From: an uncultured Acidimicrobiaceae bacterium
GTDB lineage: Bacteria; Actinomycetota; Acidimicrobiia; Spongiisociales; ZC4RG35
Assembly (NCBI GenBank): GCA_964645875.1
Contig: CAZYCX010000004.1
Location: 1-55,508, forward strand
DNA length: 55,508 nt
Direction of reading: 5' to 3'
Part shown: in pieces, positions 28,976 through 38,097 of the stretch
Layout of the letters: each line of letters opens with the position of its first letter
Position numbering within the stretch: position 1 is the first letter of the stretch
The notes under the pieces: generated by a model
What the model was told of the DNA's origin: nothing
Seen by the model: the letters and a program-made list of their open reading frames with translations, nothing else
Database searches by the model: none
Made by a program: the position numbers and the translations under genes

Positions 28976-30127
28976 ATGGGTTTTCGCACCAAACAGATTC
29001 ATGCCGGGGTCGACCCCGACCCCACCACCGGCGCCATCCTCACCCCGATCTACCAGTCGACCACCTTCGTCCAGGACTCGGTCGACGAGTACATGGGGAA
29101 GGGGTATTCCTACTCCCGGGCCGGCAACCCGACGGTCAGGGCCCTCGAGGAGAAACTGACCGCACTCGAGGGCGGCGTGGACACCACCGCCTACGCCTCC
29201 GGCATGGCGGCGACGGTGGCCGTGTTCCTCGCCCTTCTCGAAGCCGGTGATCACGTCGTCATCGCCGACGTCGTCTACGGGGGGACCTACCGCTATGCCG
29301 ACCAGTTCCTGCGCAAGTTCGGGGTGGAGGTCGACTTCATCGACGCCTCGAACACGGACCGGGTCGCAGATTCGATCAAGGAGAACACGAGGCTGGTGTT
29401 CACGGAGAGCCCGGCCAACCCGACGCTGAAGGTCACCGACCTGGCCGCGGTGTCGTCGATATGCCAGGAAGCCGACGTCCTCCACGTCACCGACAACACG
29501 TTCCTGACCCCCTACTTCCAGCGACCCTTCGATTTGGGTGCCGACGTGATCGTCCATTCCACCACCAAGTTCCTCGACGGCCACAACGCCACACTCGGCG
29601 GCGCCGTGGTGGTCAACGACACGGGTCTCCAGGAGAAGGTTGCATTCGCCCGCATCTCGGCAGGGCTCGTCATGTCGCCGATGGTGGCGTGGCTGACCCT
29701 CCAGGGGACCAAGACGCTGAGCGAGCGCATGGATCGACAGTCGGCCACGGCCCTCTCCATAGCCCAATTCCTCCAGACCCATGACGAGGTCGAGTACGTC
29801 AACTACCCCGGGCTGGCAGACCACCCCCAACACGAGATCTCGGCGCGACAGGCGTCGGGGTTCGGTGCGATGGTCTGCTTCGAGGTGAGAGGAGGAGTCG
29901 ACGCCGGGAAGACCCTCATGGACTCGATCGACTTGTGGAGCCTGGCCGAGAACCTGGGTTCGGTCGAGTCGCTGATCACACACCCGGTGACCATGACCCA
30001 CGCCGCGGTGCCCAGAGACGAGCGAATCGCCGCCGGGATCACCGATGGGCTGGTCAGACTCTCCGTGGGTCTCGAAGACGCCGAAGACCTGATCGCAGCC
30101 CTCGACCGCGCGCTTCAGAAAGTGTGA
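28976..30127 (+). CDS. PLP-dependent transsulfuration enzyme (cystathionine gamma-synthase/lyase family)
   Basis: PIYQSTTF, YSRAGNPT, SGMAA, YGGT, ESPANP, DNTF, HSTTKFLDGH, LAENLGSVESL, RLSVGLE. Confidence 0.93.
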   Translation: MGFRTKQIHAGVDPDPTTGAILTPIYQSTTFVQDSVDEYMGKGYSYSRAGNPTVRALEEKLTALEGGVDTTAYASGMAATVAVFLALLEAGDHVVIADVVYGGTYRYADQFLRKFGVEVDFIDASNTDRVADSIKENTRLVFTESPANPTLKVTDLAAVSSICQEADVLHVTDNTFLTPYFQRPFDLGADVIVHSTTKFLDGHNATLGGAVVVNDTGLQEKVAFARISAGLVMSPMVAWLTLQGTKTLSERMDRQSATALSIAQFLQTHDEVEYVNYPGLADHPQHEISARQASGFGAMVCFEVRGGVDAGKTLMDSIDLWSLAENLGSVESLITHPVTMTHAAVPRDERIAAGITDGLVRLSVGLEDAEDLIAALDRALQKV

Positions 30128-30130
30128 ACG

Positions 30131-30493
30131 ATGAGCGGCCGCGGACGACGAGTCCTGGCGGTCGCCGGTCTGGTGGCCGGGATTGCTCTCTTCCTCGCCC
30201 TGACCGCACCCCGTGTCGACGAGGAAGTAGACGCCGCGGTGCGAAGGTCGGGAGGGGTTTGTCTGGAGCTGGAGCGCTGGACGCTGTTGGGATGGTCCAC
30301 CGTCGGACAGACACACACCGTTGCGGACATTCGCCGGAGCGCATGGCGGCCTGCGACTCCCGATCCCCCATGCGCCGTGGTTCCCGAGCGCGACTACCTG
30401 GTGCGGGTGTTCGCCGAGCCTCCCGGGATATACCGGATCTGTGGTCTCGCCGACGACAACGGCTGCGTCCAGTTCAGACGCGCCGGGCCCTGA
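30131..30493 (+). CDS. Hypothetical secreted/membrane-anchored protein with 4 Cys
   Basis: N-terminal hydrophobic helix; starts 3 nt after the upstream stop; overlaps the convergent gene by 20 nt. Confidence 0.6.
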   Translation: MSGRGRRVLAVAGLVAGIALFLALTAPRVDEEVDAAVRRSGGVCLELERWTLLGWSTVGQTHTVADIRRSAWRPATPDPPCAVVPERDYLVRVFAEPPGIYRICGLADDNGCVQFRRAGP

Positions 30494-31055
30494 TCAAGGT
30501 GTCCCGGGCATGGGCGATATCACCGTCGACCTCGACCGGGCGGAGGTGGACCCCACCCTCGATGAGACGCAGCTCGCCAAGCCACTCGAGCATCAGGTCG
30601 AGGTCCCAGAGCAGCTCGGGTGACTGAGGTCCGCCCACTCCCTCATCGAGATTGGAGATGTCGTGGCCGACCATGAACAGCTCCCCACCGGGTCTCAGCC
30701 ATCCCCGGGCCCGCCCCACCAGCTCGGACAGTGGCTCGGCCTCTACTTGCAGGTAGGCGATGAGGACGAGGTCGAAACTCCGCTCGGGCTCCCAGGAGAA
30801 CACGTCGGCTTCGACGAACTCGACCCGATCCGACAGCGCCCGACCCCGGTCGAGGGCGACGGAGGAGAAGTCGACGGCCACCATCTCCCAGCCTCGTTCC
30901 GCCAGCCAAATTGCGTTGCGACCCTCGCCGGAGGCGAGGTCGAGGCCGACACCGGGTTCGACCTCGGCGAAACGGTTGGCGACGAAGACGTTGGGTGTCG
31001 CCGACCACAGCCTGTCTGCAGCGCGATATCGCTCGTCCCAGGCTTCGGCGTCCAC
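30474..31055 (-). CDS. Class I SAM-dependent methyltransferase (TehB-like)
   Basis: WDERY, LWSATPN, LDLASGEGRNAIWLA, AVDFS, FDLV, LRPGG. Confidence 0.9.
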   Translation of the reverse strand: MDAEAWDERYRAADRLWSATPNVFVANRFAEVEPGVGLDLASGEGRNAIWLAERGWEMVAVDFSSVALDRGRALSDRVEFVEADVFSWEPERSFDLVLIAYLQVEAEPLSELVGRARGWLRPGGELFMVGHDISNLDEGVGGPQSPELLWDLDLMLEWLGELRLIEGGVHLRPVEVDGDIAHARDTLIRARRV

Positions 31056-31066
31056 CCTTTGGCCGC

Positions 31067-32581
31067 CTATCCGAACTCGATGCCCTGGGCGAGCGGCAGA
31101 TCGTCACCCCAGTTGATCGTGGTCGTCTGACGGCGCATGTAGGCCTTCCAGGCGTCGGAGCCGGCCTCCCTGCCGCCGCCAGTCTCCTTCTCGCCACCGA
31201 AGGCACCGCCGATCTCCGCACCGGACGTGCCGATGTTGACGTTGGCGATCCCGCAGTCGGAGCCGGTGGCGCTGAGAAAGCGCTCCGCGTTCTTGAGAGA
31301 CTCGGTGAAGATCGCAGACGAAAGGCCCTGGGTGACACCGTTCTGAATCTCGATCGCCTCCTCGAGGGTGTCGAACTCGATGATCCAGAGCACCGGGGCG
31401 AAGGTCTCGTCCTGAGTGATGGAGGCGTCCTTCGGCACCCGGACGATGGTGGGCTCGACGTAGAAGCCGTCGCGATCGATGCGGCTGCCTCCGGTGATCA
31501 CCTCGCCGCCCTGAGAGCGGGCGGTTTCGATCGCACTCATCATCTGCTCGATCGCCGCCTCCGCGATGACCGGGCCCATCAGGGTGCCCTCCTCGAGAGG
31601 ATCACCGATCGTCACCTGCCCGTAGGCCTCTGCAAGCCGACTGACCAGCTTGTCGGCAACGGCGCGGTGGACGAGGAGTCGACGCAGCGACGTGCATCGT
31701 TGACCCGCAGTCCCCACCGCGGCGAACAGGGCAGCTCGCACCGCCAGATCGAGATCGGCGTCGTCCATGACGATGATGGCGTTGTTCCCCCCGAGCTCGA
31801 GGATGGTCCGGCCCATGCGCTGCGCCACCGCGGGACCGACGATGCGTCCCATTGCACATGATCCCGTCGCCGAGACCAGAGGAACACGGGTATCCGCGGT
31901 GAGCGCCGATCCGACCGTCTCCCCGTCGCCGACGGCGAGGTTGAACACGCCTTCGAACCCCGATCCGGCCATAACCTTCTCGGCGATCTTGGTGACCGCG
32001 ATGGCGGTCAGCGGTGTCGCCTCGGAAGGCTTCCACAGGACCGTGTCGCCACAGACGGAGGCAATGGTGGCGTTCCACGACCACACCGCCACCGGGAAGT
32101 TGAACGCGGAGATCACCCCCACGGGGCCCAGGGGGTGCCATTGCTCGTACATGCGGTGATTGGGCCGCTCCGAGGCCATGGTTTTCCCGTAGAGCTGGCG
32201 GGACAGACCGACGGCGAAGTCGCAGATGTCGATCATCTCCTGCACCTCACCGACACCTTCGGCGTGGATCTTCCCGTTCTCCAGAGTGACCAGCGCCCCG
32301 AGGGCGTCGATGTTCTCCCGCAACGCGTTGCCGAAGAGTCGGACGAACTCCCCCCGCTTCGGCGGTGGCAGGTCGCGCCATCTGGAGAAGGTCTCGACCG
32401 ACGATTGCACCACCTGCTCGTAGTCGTCTCGCGAGGCCTTGGTGACGGTGGCGATCGACCCGCCCGTGGCCGGGTTGATCACATCCACGGTCTGGCCGGT
32501 GGCCTCGAGCCACTCCCCGGCGTAGGCACCGGAGTTGTGCGACTCGATCCCGAGTGCGTCGAATACTTCCCGCTGGTTCAT
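31067..32581 (-). CDS. Aldehyde dehydrogenase family 7 (piperideine-6-carboxylate/aminoadipate-semialdehyde DH-like)
   Basis: GEVQEMIDICDFAVGLSRQL, ISAFNFPVAVWSWN, LELGGNN, GTAGQRCTS, GAEIGGAFGGEKETGGGRE, LPLAQGI. Confidence 0.93.
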   Translation of the reverse strand: MNQREVFDALGIESHNSGAYAGEWLEATGQTVDVINPATGGSIATVTKASRDDYEQVVQSSVETFSRWRDLPPPKRGEFVRLFGNALRENIDALGALVTLENGKIHAEGVGEVQEMIDICDFAVGLSRQLYGKTMASERPNHRMYEQWHPLGPVGVISAFNFPVAVWSWNATIASVCGDTVLWKPSEATPLTAIAVTKIAEKVMAGSGFEGVFNLAVGDGETVGSALTADTRVPLVSATGSCAMGRIVGPAVAQRMGRTILELGGNNAIIVMDDADLDLAVRAALFAAVGTAGQRCTSLRRLLVHRAVADKLVSRLAEAYGQVTIGDPLEEGTLMGPVIAEAAIEQMMSAIETARSQGGEVITGGSRIDRDGFYVEPTIVRVPKDASITQDETFAPVLWIIEFDTLEEAIEIQNGVTQGLSSAIFTESLKNAERFLSATGSDCGIANVNIGTSGAEIGGAFGGEKETGGGREAGSDAWKAYMRRQTTTINWGDDLPLAQGIEFG

Positions 32582-32958
32582 CGTGCTGCCACCACCTCTA
32601 TCTCGACCAGGAACGCCGCGGGGAGGGCACCTGCCTGCACCGTGGTACGGGCCGGGTATTCACCTTCGAAATAGGAGGCGTATACCTCGTTGACCGTGGC
32701 GAAGTCATCGATGTCGGCGAGGAAGATCGTCGTCTTCACGATGTCCTCGTATCCGAGCCCGAGGTCTCCGAGGATCGCACCGATGTTGGACATCACCTGA
32801 TGAGCCTGGGCGGCCACATCCTCACGGGCGCGCTCACCCGATTCCGGGTCGAGACCCACCTGCCCGGAGAGAAAGACGAGCCCGGCGGCTTCGGCGGCCG
32901 GCGAATAGGGCGCCAACGACTTCGGCGCCGATGGCGTTTCGGGGACGGTCTTGGGCAA
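32578..32958 (-). CDS. RidA/YjgF family reactive-intermediate deaminase
   Basis: APYSPA, LSGQVG, VKTTIFL, VNEVY, PARTTVQ, LVEIE. Confidence 0.92.
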   Translation of the reverse strand: MPKTVPETPSAPKSLAPYSPAAEAAGLVFLSGQVGLDPESGERAREDVAAQAHQVMSNIGAILGDLGLGYEDIVKTTIFLADIDDFATVNEVYASYFEGEYPARTTVQAGALPAAFLVEIEVVAAR

Positions 32959-33008
32959 CTTCGCTGCTCCTATGTCTGGCGTTCCGCCGAGGGTACCCAG
33001 ATATGAAA

Positions 33009-33032
33009 GAGACCCGGCCGGGGCCGGGTCTC
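33009..33032 (-). terminator. Intrinsic terminator after the A-type carrier gene
   Basis: gagacccggcc-gg-ggccgggtctc, followed on the minus strand by TTTCAT. Confidence 0.7.
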
Positions 33033-33056
33033 CTCATGCAAGCCGACGAGGGGCTC

Positions 33057-33419
33057 TCAGCTGAAAGAGTTGCCGCAACCACAGCTGCGGGTGACGTTGG
33101 GGTTGTCGATGGCGAAGCCGGCGCCCATCAGACCCTCCTTGTAGTCGAGGGTGGCACCACGCACCATGTCGGCGCTCTGCGGATCGACCAGGACCCTCAC
33201 ATCCTCGAATTCCTCGACGATGTCGCTGTCGTCGATCTCGGAGTCGAAGTACATCTCATAGGAGAAGCCAGAGCATCCCCCCGGCCTGACGGCCATACGC
33301 AGGGCGAGACCTTCTTCCTCCTCACCGGCGATCAGTTCGCGCACCTTGGCGACCGCCGTGTCCGTGAGGTTCACGGTCTTCTGTGGCTGCGATGACTTGA
33401 TGGACAGAATCTGTGTCAT
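33057..33419 (-). CDS. A-type Fe-S cluster carrier (IscA/SufA/ErpA, HesB family)
   Basis: GGCSGFSY, FAIDNPN, SCGCGNSF. Confidence 0.95.
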   Translation of the reverse strand: MTQILSIKSSQPQKTVNLTDTAVAKVRELIAGEEEEGLALRMAVRPGGCSGFSYEMYFDSEIDDSDIVEEFEDVRVLVDPQSADMVRGATLDYKEGLMGAGFAIDNPNVTRSCGCGNSFS

Positions 33420-33443
33420 TGGCTCCTACCTGAACTCTCACCC

Positions 33444-33475
33444 ATTGTAACGCCCGTGACGGGCATCGACATTCC
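33444..33475 (-). promoter_or_regulatory. Putative SigR/SigH-type promoter overlapping a housekeeping -10
   Basis: Minus strand GGAAT-N18-CGTT running directly into TACAAT. Confidence 0.5.
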
Positions 33476-33531
33476 ATCGGGCCCTGCCGGGGATTTCCCC
33501 GATACACATAGTGGAAATTAGCCTTGTTGTC

Positions 33532-34650
33532 ATGTCGGCCCTCACCACAGATCAGGTGATGAAGACCCTGGAGGGAGTACGCGACCCCGAGCTCGGAGGC
33601 AACGTCGTCGAGTTGGGGATGATCACCGATGTCGTCATCGACGGGTCCACCGTGGATATCGGGCTCGCCCTGACCATCGCAGAGTGCCCGCTCCGGTCTC
33701 AGATCGAAGGCGACACCCGTCGTCGGGTCGAGGCCATGCCCGGAGTCGAGAACGTCAACGTGCGCACCACCGCCATGACCAAGCGCCAGCGCGCCGAGCT
33801 CATGTCGGTGGCGCGCCGCAATGCACGGGAGAACGCCGAGCCAACCCAGGTGGCCTCGACGACCAGGGTCATCTCTGTGGCATCGGGCAAAGGCGGAGTC
33901 GGCAAGTCCTCGATCTCGGTGAACCTCGCCGCGGGTCTTGCAGCCGAAGGATTCTCGGTCGGTCTCCTCGACGCCGACATCTGGGGCTTCTCCATCCCCC
34001 GGATGATCGGCGCCGACGCAAAGTTGGAGGCCAACGCCGAGACCAGGATGATCGAGCCGGTGGAGGCCAACGGAGTGAAGGTCGTGTCCACCGGGCTGAT
34101 CATCGAGTCGGAGGAGACCGCACTCATGTGGCGGGGCCTCATGCTGTCCAAGGCATTGGAGCAATTCCTCAAACAAGTCAACTGGGGCGATCTCGACTAC
34201 CTGATCCTCGACATGCCTCCCGGCACCGGCGACGTGCAGATGGCGCTGACCCGGATGCTCCCCCAGGCGGAGATGGTCGTCGTCACCACTCCTCAGGCCG
34301 CGGCGCAGCGGGTGGCGATCCGCGTAGCCGACATGGCCCGCCGATCACACATGCCCGTGGTCGGGGTCATCGAGAACATGTCAGGCGAGGTCTTCGGCCA
34401 GGGCGGTGGCCATCAGCTCGCAGACGAGCTCGGCGTCGCCCTGCTCGGGTCGGTGCCCCTGGATCAGGCGGTCGTCGAGGGCGGTGACAACGGCAGGCCG
34501 GTAGTAATGGACCCGGAGTCCGGTCCCGCTGCGGCGGCACTCGCCAAGATGATCGAGAAGGTCATGGCCGCGGTGCCGCCGGCGGACATGGAGACCTGCA
34601 CCGGCCGCATCGCCAAGCTGATCTCCGACCTCGAGGACGGGGCGGCCTAG
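33532..34650 (+). CDS. mrp: Mrp/ApbC (Nbp35-family) ATPase with an N-terminal DUF59 domain
   Basis: VRDPEL...LTIAECP (DUF59); SGKGGVGKS, DADIWG, MWRG, DMPPGTGD, VTTPQ, ENMS. Confidence 0.93.
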   Translation: MSALTTDQVMKTLEGVRDPELGGNVVELGMITDVVIDGSTVDIGLALTIAECPLRSQIEGDTRRRVEAMPGVENVNVRTTAMTKRQRAELMSVARRNARENAEPTQVASTTRVISVASGKGGVGKSSISVNLAAGLAAEGFSVGLLDADIWGFSIPRMIGADAKLEANAETRMIEPVEANGVKVVSTGLIIESEETALMWRGLMLSKALEQFLKQVNWGDLDYLILDMPPGTGDVQMALTRMLPQAEMVVVTTPQAAAQRVAIRVADMARRSHMPVVGVIENMSGEVFGQGGGHQLADELGVALLGSVPLDQAVVEGGDNGRPVVMDPESGPAAAALAKMIEKVMAAVPPADMETCTGRIAKLISDLEDGAA

Positions 34651-35117
34651 CTCGCCTGCTGCGGTGGCCGCCACAGGTCGACCGAGAACGCCTTCTTCTC
34701 GGCTCCGGTGACGACGTACGTCTGCATCAGCTTGTCGGCGATCGTCTGTCGCTTTTCGTCGACCAACGGAAGCAACCAACCCAACAGGCAGACCATGCTG
34801 TCGACGATGTGGACGAACTTGCGCCCGATCCCGGCACCACTTCCGATCGCCTCCCCTTGCTCGTTGACCAGCCTGATCCCCATTACGGCCTTCCCGGGAG
34901 TCTGGCCGGTCAGGCCGTCGAGGTAACCCATGAACACCGTGTAGGCGATCCCGACCAGCGAGCCCACGAAGCCTAGGAAGTCGCTCCAGAAGGTGAGCGC
35001 ACTGAGGATGATCATGGGCAAGATATCGATCAGGAACCCAATCGCTCTGGTTCCCCAGTCGGCGAGGGGGGAGGGGATCGACGCTGGCTGCGGCGTCGGG
35101 GATTCGGGAGTGGTCAA
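34647..35117 (-). CDS. RDD family membrane protein
   Basis: LADWGTRAIGFLID, GQTPGKAVMGIRLV, KRQTIADKLMQTYVV. Confidence 0.9.
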   Translation of the reverse strand: MTTPESPTPQPASIPSPLADWGTRAIGFLIDILPMIILSALTFWSDFLGFVGSLVGIAYTVFMGYLDGLTGQTPGKAVMGIRLVNEQGEAIGSGAGIGRKFVHIVDSMVCLLGWLLPLVDEKRQTIADKLMQTYVVTGAEKKAFSVDLWRPPQQAS

Positions 35118-35280
35118 TGGGGCTCCTTATTGGTCGGTTGCGACGTCAGACCATAAACACACGCCACACGGCCGCGTCGTCGTCAGCAGCTCCCGAGTTA
35201 TGCACAACCATGGACTAGTCCCTATGAGGGAGTCACGAACAGTCATTGAGATATCACCCTCCGTGATGAATAGTGACCCT

Positions 35281-35358
35281 CGAACGTGCCAGCAGCGCGC
35301 TGGGAGTTGGGGGCAAGGGAGGCTCCTCTGAGATTGGGACCCGCGAGGGTCCCTTTCT
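35281..35358 (+). ncRNA. Candidate unassigned small RNA
   Basis: Promoter-like TTGAGA-17-AATAGT upstream; three hairpins, the last terminator-like (gggaccc-gcga-gggtccc-TTTCT). Confidence 0.35.
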
Positions 35359-35434
35359 CGCGTCATTGACCCGATCTCAGGGCGCTGGACTTCGCTGAGC
35401 GGGGCCTGTAACCCTGGGTTCGAGAAACAACTGC

Positions 35435-36622
35435 TCAGCAGAGGCTGCGGACCAGCGGGTAAGGGTTGACCGCACCGGAGCCTCCGGGGTGGTACTCGAA
35501 GTGGAGATGGGGCAGGTAGTCGGGGGCGTTTCCTGTCGATCCGTTGTAGCCGAGCACGTAACCGGCGGGGACGCTCTGACCCGGGCTGATGTCGCCGAAG
35601 CCGTCGAGGTGGGCGTAGTAGTACATGTCACCGGCGTCGGAGCGGAAATAGACCGACTTCCCACCGAGGGCGCTGTTGGAGAGCCGGTACACGTTTCCCG
35701 AGAAGATGGCCACGATCGGCACTCCCCTCGCCGCCATCATGTCGACACCCTTGTGGGTGCGGCCGCCCGAGCGCGGTGCCCCCCAGCTGTCGGTGAAGGA
35801 GACCGCACCGGCCACCGGGCACACCCCGCCACCGCTCGGCGGCGGCGTGGACGGAGCCGCGGTTGTGGTCGTCGTCTGCGGTGCGGTGGTGGTCGTCGTC
35901 GGCGCGGCGGTGGTCGAAGTAGTGGCAGGCGCGTTGTTGGACGGGCCCACCGTCGTAGTGGTGGCCTGAGGTTGGGTGGTCGACGTCGACGCGGCTGCAG
36001 CTGCCGCCTGGCGGCGTCGCTCCTCCTCTTCACGGCGTCGCCGTTCTTCCTCCTCGCGCTGCTGGCGGGCGGCCAGGTCGTCGTACACCTGCTGAGCAGC
36101 CACCAGATCCTCCTGGAGCTCTGTGGCCATCCGCTCCAGATCGGTGGCCACCATCTGCTGCTCTTCCAACGCCTCTGCGAGACGGGTCGTCTGGCGATCG
36201 AGCTCGTCACGGAACAAACGCAGCTGGCTGAGCACCGTCTCGTCGACGCCGCTGGCCTCACGCAGATACTCCATGCCGGCCGGATAGCTCTGGTCCGTGG
36301 CGGAGAAGAGGACCGACAACGACACGCCACTGGTCGACCCCATGTACAGCTCGACAGCGAGCTCCTCGAGACGGGCCTCGGTCTCGGTCATCTTGATCTG
36401 AGCGAATTCGATCGACGACTGCAGGCCGGCGATCTCGGCGTCGAGCGCGGCCTGACGTCCGTACGCGTCGATGACTGCCTGACCGAGCTCGGCGGACTCG
36501 TCGGTAATCCGGTTCACCTCTTCGCGGGCGCGGCGGACGTCGTCATCCGTCACCTGGGCGAACGCGGGCACGGAGAGACCCAGGACCAGGATTCCGCTAG
36601 TGATTCGGGCGAGTTTCTTCAT
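35435..36622 (-). CDS. Secreted M23 metallopeptidase with coiled coil and Thr-rich linker
   Basis: Signal peptide (AFA), long coiled coil, T/A/P linker, M23 motifs HKGVD, YYYAHL, PHLHFE. Confidence 0.92.
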   Translation of the reverse strand: MKKLARITSGILVLGLSVPAFAQVTDDDVRRAREEVNRITDESAELGQAVIDAYGRQAALDAEIAGLQSSIEFAQIKMTETEARLEELAVELYMGSTSGVSLSVLFSATDQSYPAGMEYLREASGVDETVLSQLRLFRDELDRQTTRLAEALEEQQMVATDLERMATELQEDLVAAQQVYDDLAARQQREEEERRRREEEERRRQAAAAAASTSTTQPQATTTTVGPSNNAPATTSTTAAPTTTTTAPQTTTTTAAPSTPPPSGGGVCPVAGAVSFTDSWGAPRSGGRTHKGVDMMAARGVPIVAIFSGNVYRLSNSALGGKSVYFRSDAGDMYYYAHLDGFGDISPGQSVPAGYVLGYNGSTGNAPDYLPHLHFEYHPGGSGAVNPYPLVRSLC

Positions 36623-37392
36623 CGGATTTTGGGTAGGGCGACCACCCGGTCGCCTTGCAAGGCTATTCGACCCTGGTCGTTGAGCAATGTCACGTGGGCG
36701 CGGACCGACCTGGCTGCCAGGGGATGCAGGGAGGAGTCGACGTCCGAGTAGACCACTTCCACTATGTCGGGAACGTTGTCCGCCCCTTTAGCGATAGCCG
36801 AAAAGATCTCCTCGTGTCGCTGCAGCCGATGGGCGAGATACCATTCGATGACCGCGTCGGGCTCATCCATCTCCTCCCCATGACCCGGGTGGAGTCTCTC
36901 CAAGCCAGATCCCAACAGCTTGCGGAGCGAGGTGAGATAGGTGCCCATGTCCTCGACCATCACCGACGACCCGCCCATGATGTGGTCACCGGTGAAGAGG
37001 GCATTCCCGGCCCGGAAACAGAGATGATCATCGGCATGACCCGGGGTGTGGATCACCTCGAGGGCCAGGGTCCCGACGTCGAAACGTGCCCCGTCCAAGA
37101 GCCTGATCTCGGGGTCGAAACCGGGTCCGGGTCGATGGCCGACCGCCGGGACACCGAGATCGCCGGCCAGCGGGTTCGCCATCGGAGCGTGGTCGGAGTG
37201 GGTGTGAGTGACCAGGACCGCTTCGACCTTCCGATCTCCGACCACCTCCATGATCTCCCGGGCGTGCTTGGTGTCCACCGGGCCGGGATCGATGACCACC
37301 ACCGACCCTTCGTCGTCGTCGAGCACCCAGGTGTTGGTGCCGGGGCCGGTGAAGGGGCCGGGGTTGTTGGCGAGCACACGCTCGATCTTCAT
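36619..37392 (-). CDS. MBL-fold metallo-hydrolase (LACTB2-like)
   Basis: ANNPGPFTGPGTNTW, THTHSDH, TPGHADDH, FTGDH, PGHG; start reassigned to MKIERV. Confidence 0.9.
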   Translation of the reverse strand: MKIERVLANNPGPFTGPGTNTWVLDDDEGSVVVIDPGPVDTKHAREIMEVVGDRKVEAVLVTHTHSDHAPMANPLAGDLGVPAVGHRPGPGFDPEIRLLDGARFDVGTLALEVIHTPGHADDHLCFRAGNALFTGDHIMGGSSVMVEDMGTYLTSLRKLLGSGLERLHPGHGEEMDEPDAVIEWYLAHRLQRHEEIFSAIAKGADNVPDIVEVVYSDVDSSLHPLAARSVRAHVTLLNDQGRIALQGDRVVALPKIR

Positions 37393-38069
37393 GACGCGTC
37401 CGCCGGCATGTGTATCGGGAGTAAGGAGCCATCGTCCCCGCGACGGGGAACGATGAGCGTGCGGCCATCGGCTCCCCGGGCAGATCGAATCGCCTGCTCG
37501 ATCGAGCTCCAACGACTCAGCCACCGGAGATGGGCGATGGTCGGGCCGATCAGGGCCCATCTCCCTGACTCGTATCGCTCCAGGGCCGACTGCGGGGCGA
37601 TCCACTCGAAGCCCACCAACTCGTCGGTGTCGATGACCACCTCTGGCGCGTCATCACATCTCACCACGTAAAACCTGGTGTCGAACCGTCGCGGTGCCAG
37701 CTCGGGCGTCACCCACCTCGAGACCAGCACCAGGTCGTCGACTCCCATGTTCACTCCCTGCTGCTGCAGACTTCGATAGAACCCGTCATCCCGGGCCTTC
37801 GGCGCGCGGATCGGCCCCGAATCGGTGATCAGGATCCCGGTCTCTTCAGCGAATTCACGCAGGGCGGCGTACTTGTGCGAGAGATCGTCGAGAGGGGTGT
37901 GCCCCCCGGGCACGTCGATGTCATCGACCTTGCCGCCGGGGAAGACCACGATGCCGCCGAAGAACCCTCTGGAGTTCCGCTGAACCATCAAGACTTCGAA
38001 CCCCATCGACGCGTGCCGCAGGGCAAGGATCGTGGCCGCCGGATCGGTTGCTGGCACGCTGAGCATCAT
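37389..38069 (-). CDS. NUDIX hydrolase (NUDT19-like)
   Basis: PAATIL, VFPGGKVD, AALREFAEETG, RWVTP..PRRFDTRFY. Confidence 0.88.
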   Translation of the reverse strand: MMLSVPATDPAATILALRHASMGFEVLMVQRNSRGFFGGIVVFPGGKVDDIDVPGGHTPLDDLSHKYAALREFAEETGILITDSGPIRAPKARDDGFYRSLQQQGVNMGVDDLVLVSRWVTPELAPRRFDTRFYVVRCDDAPEVVIDTDELVGFEWIAPQSALERYESGRWALIGPTIAHLRWLSRWSSIEQAIRSARGADGRTLIVPRRGDDGSLLPIHMPADAS

Positions 38070-38097
38070 ACGAACGAGACCTGGCAAACTCGACCAG

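Noticed and set aside
35432-35440. M23 peptidase ends Cys-TGA, a possible selenocysteine read-through given selAB
   Set aside because: The terminal Cys plausibly pairs with the CPV Cys at the start of the M23 domain. The read-through sequence is not protein-like, and I saw no convincing SECIS.
35850-36070. Repetitive gtggtc/gtcgtc tract resembling a tandem repeat or array
   Set aside because: It encodes the Thr/Ala/Pro linker and the EEERRRR coil of the M23 protein; no repeat-spacer structure.
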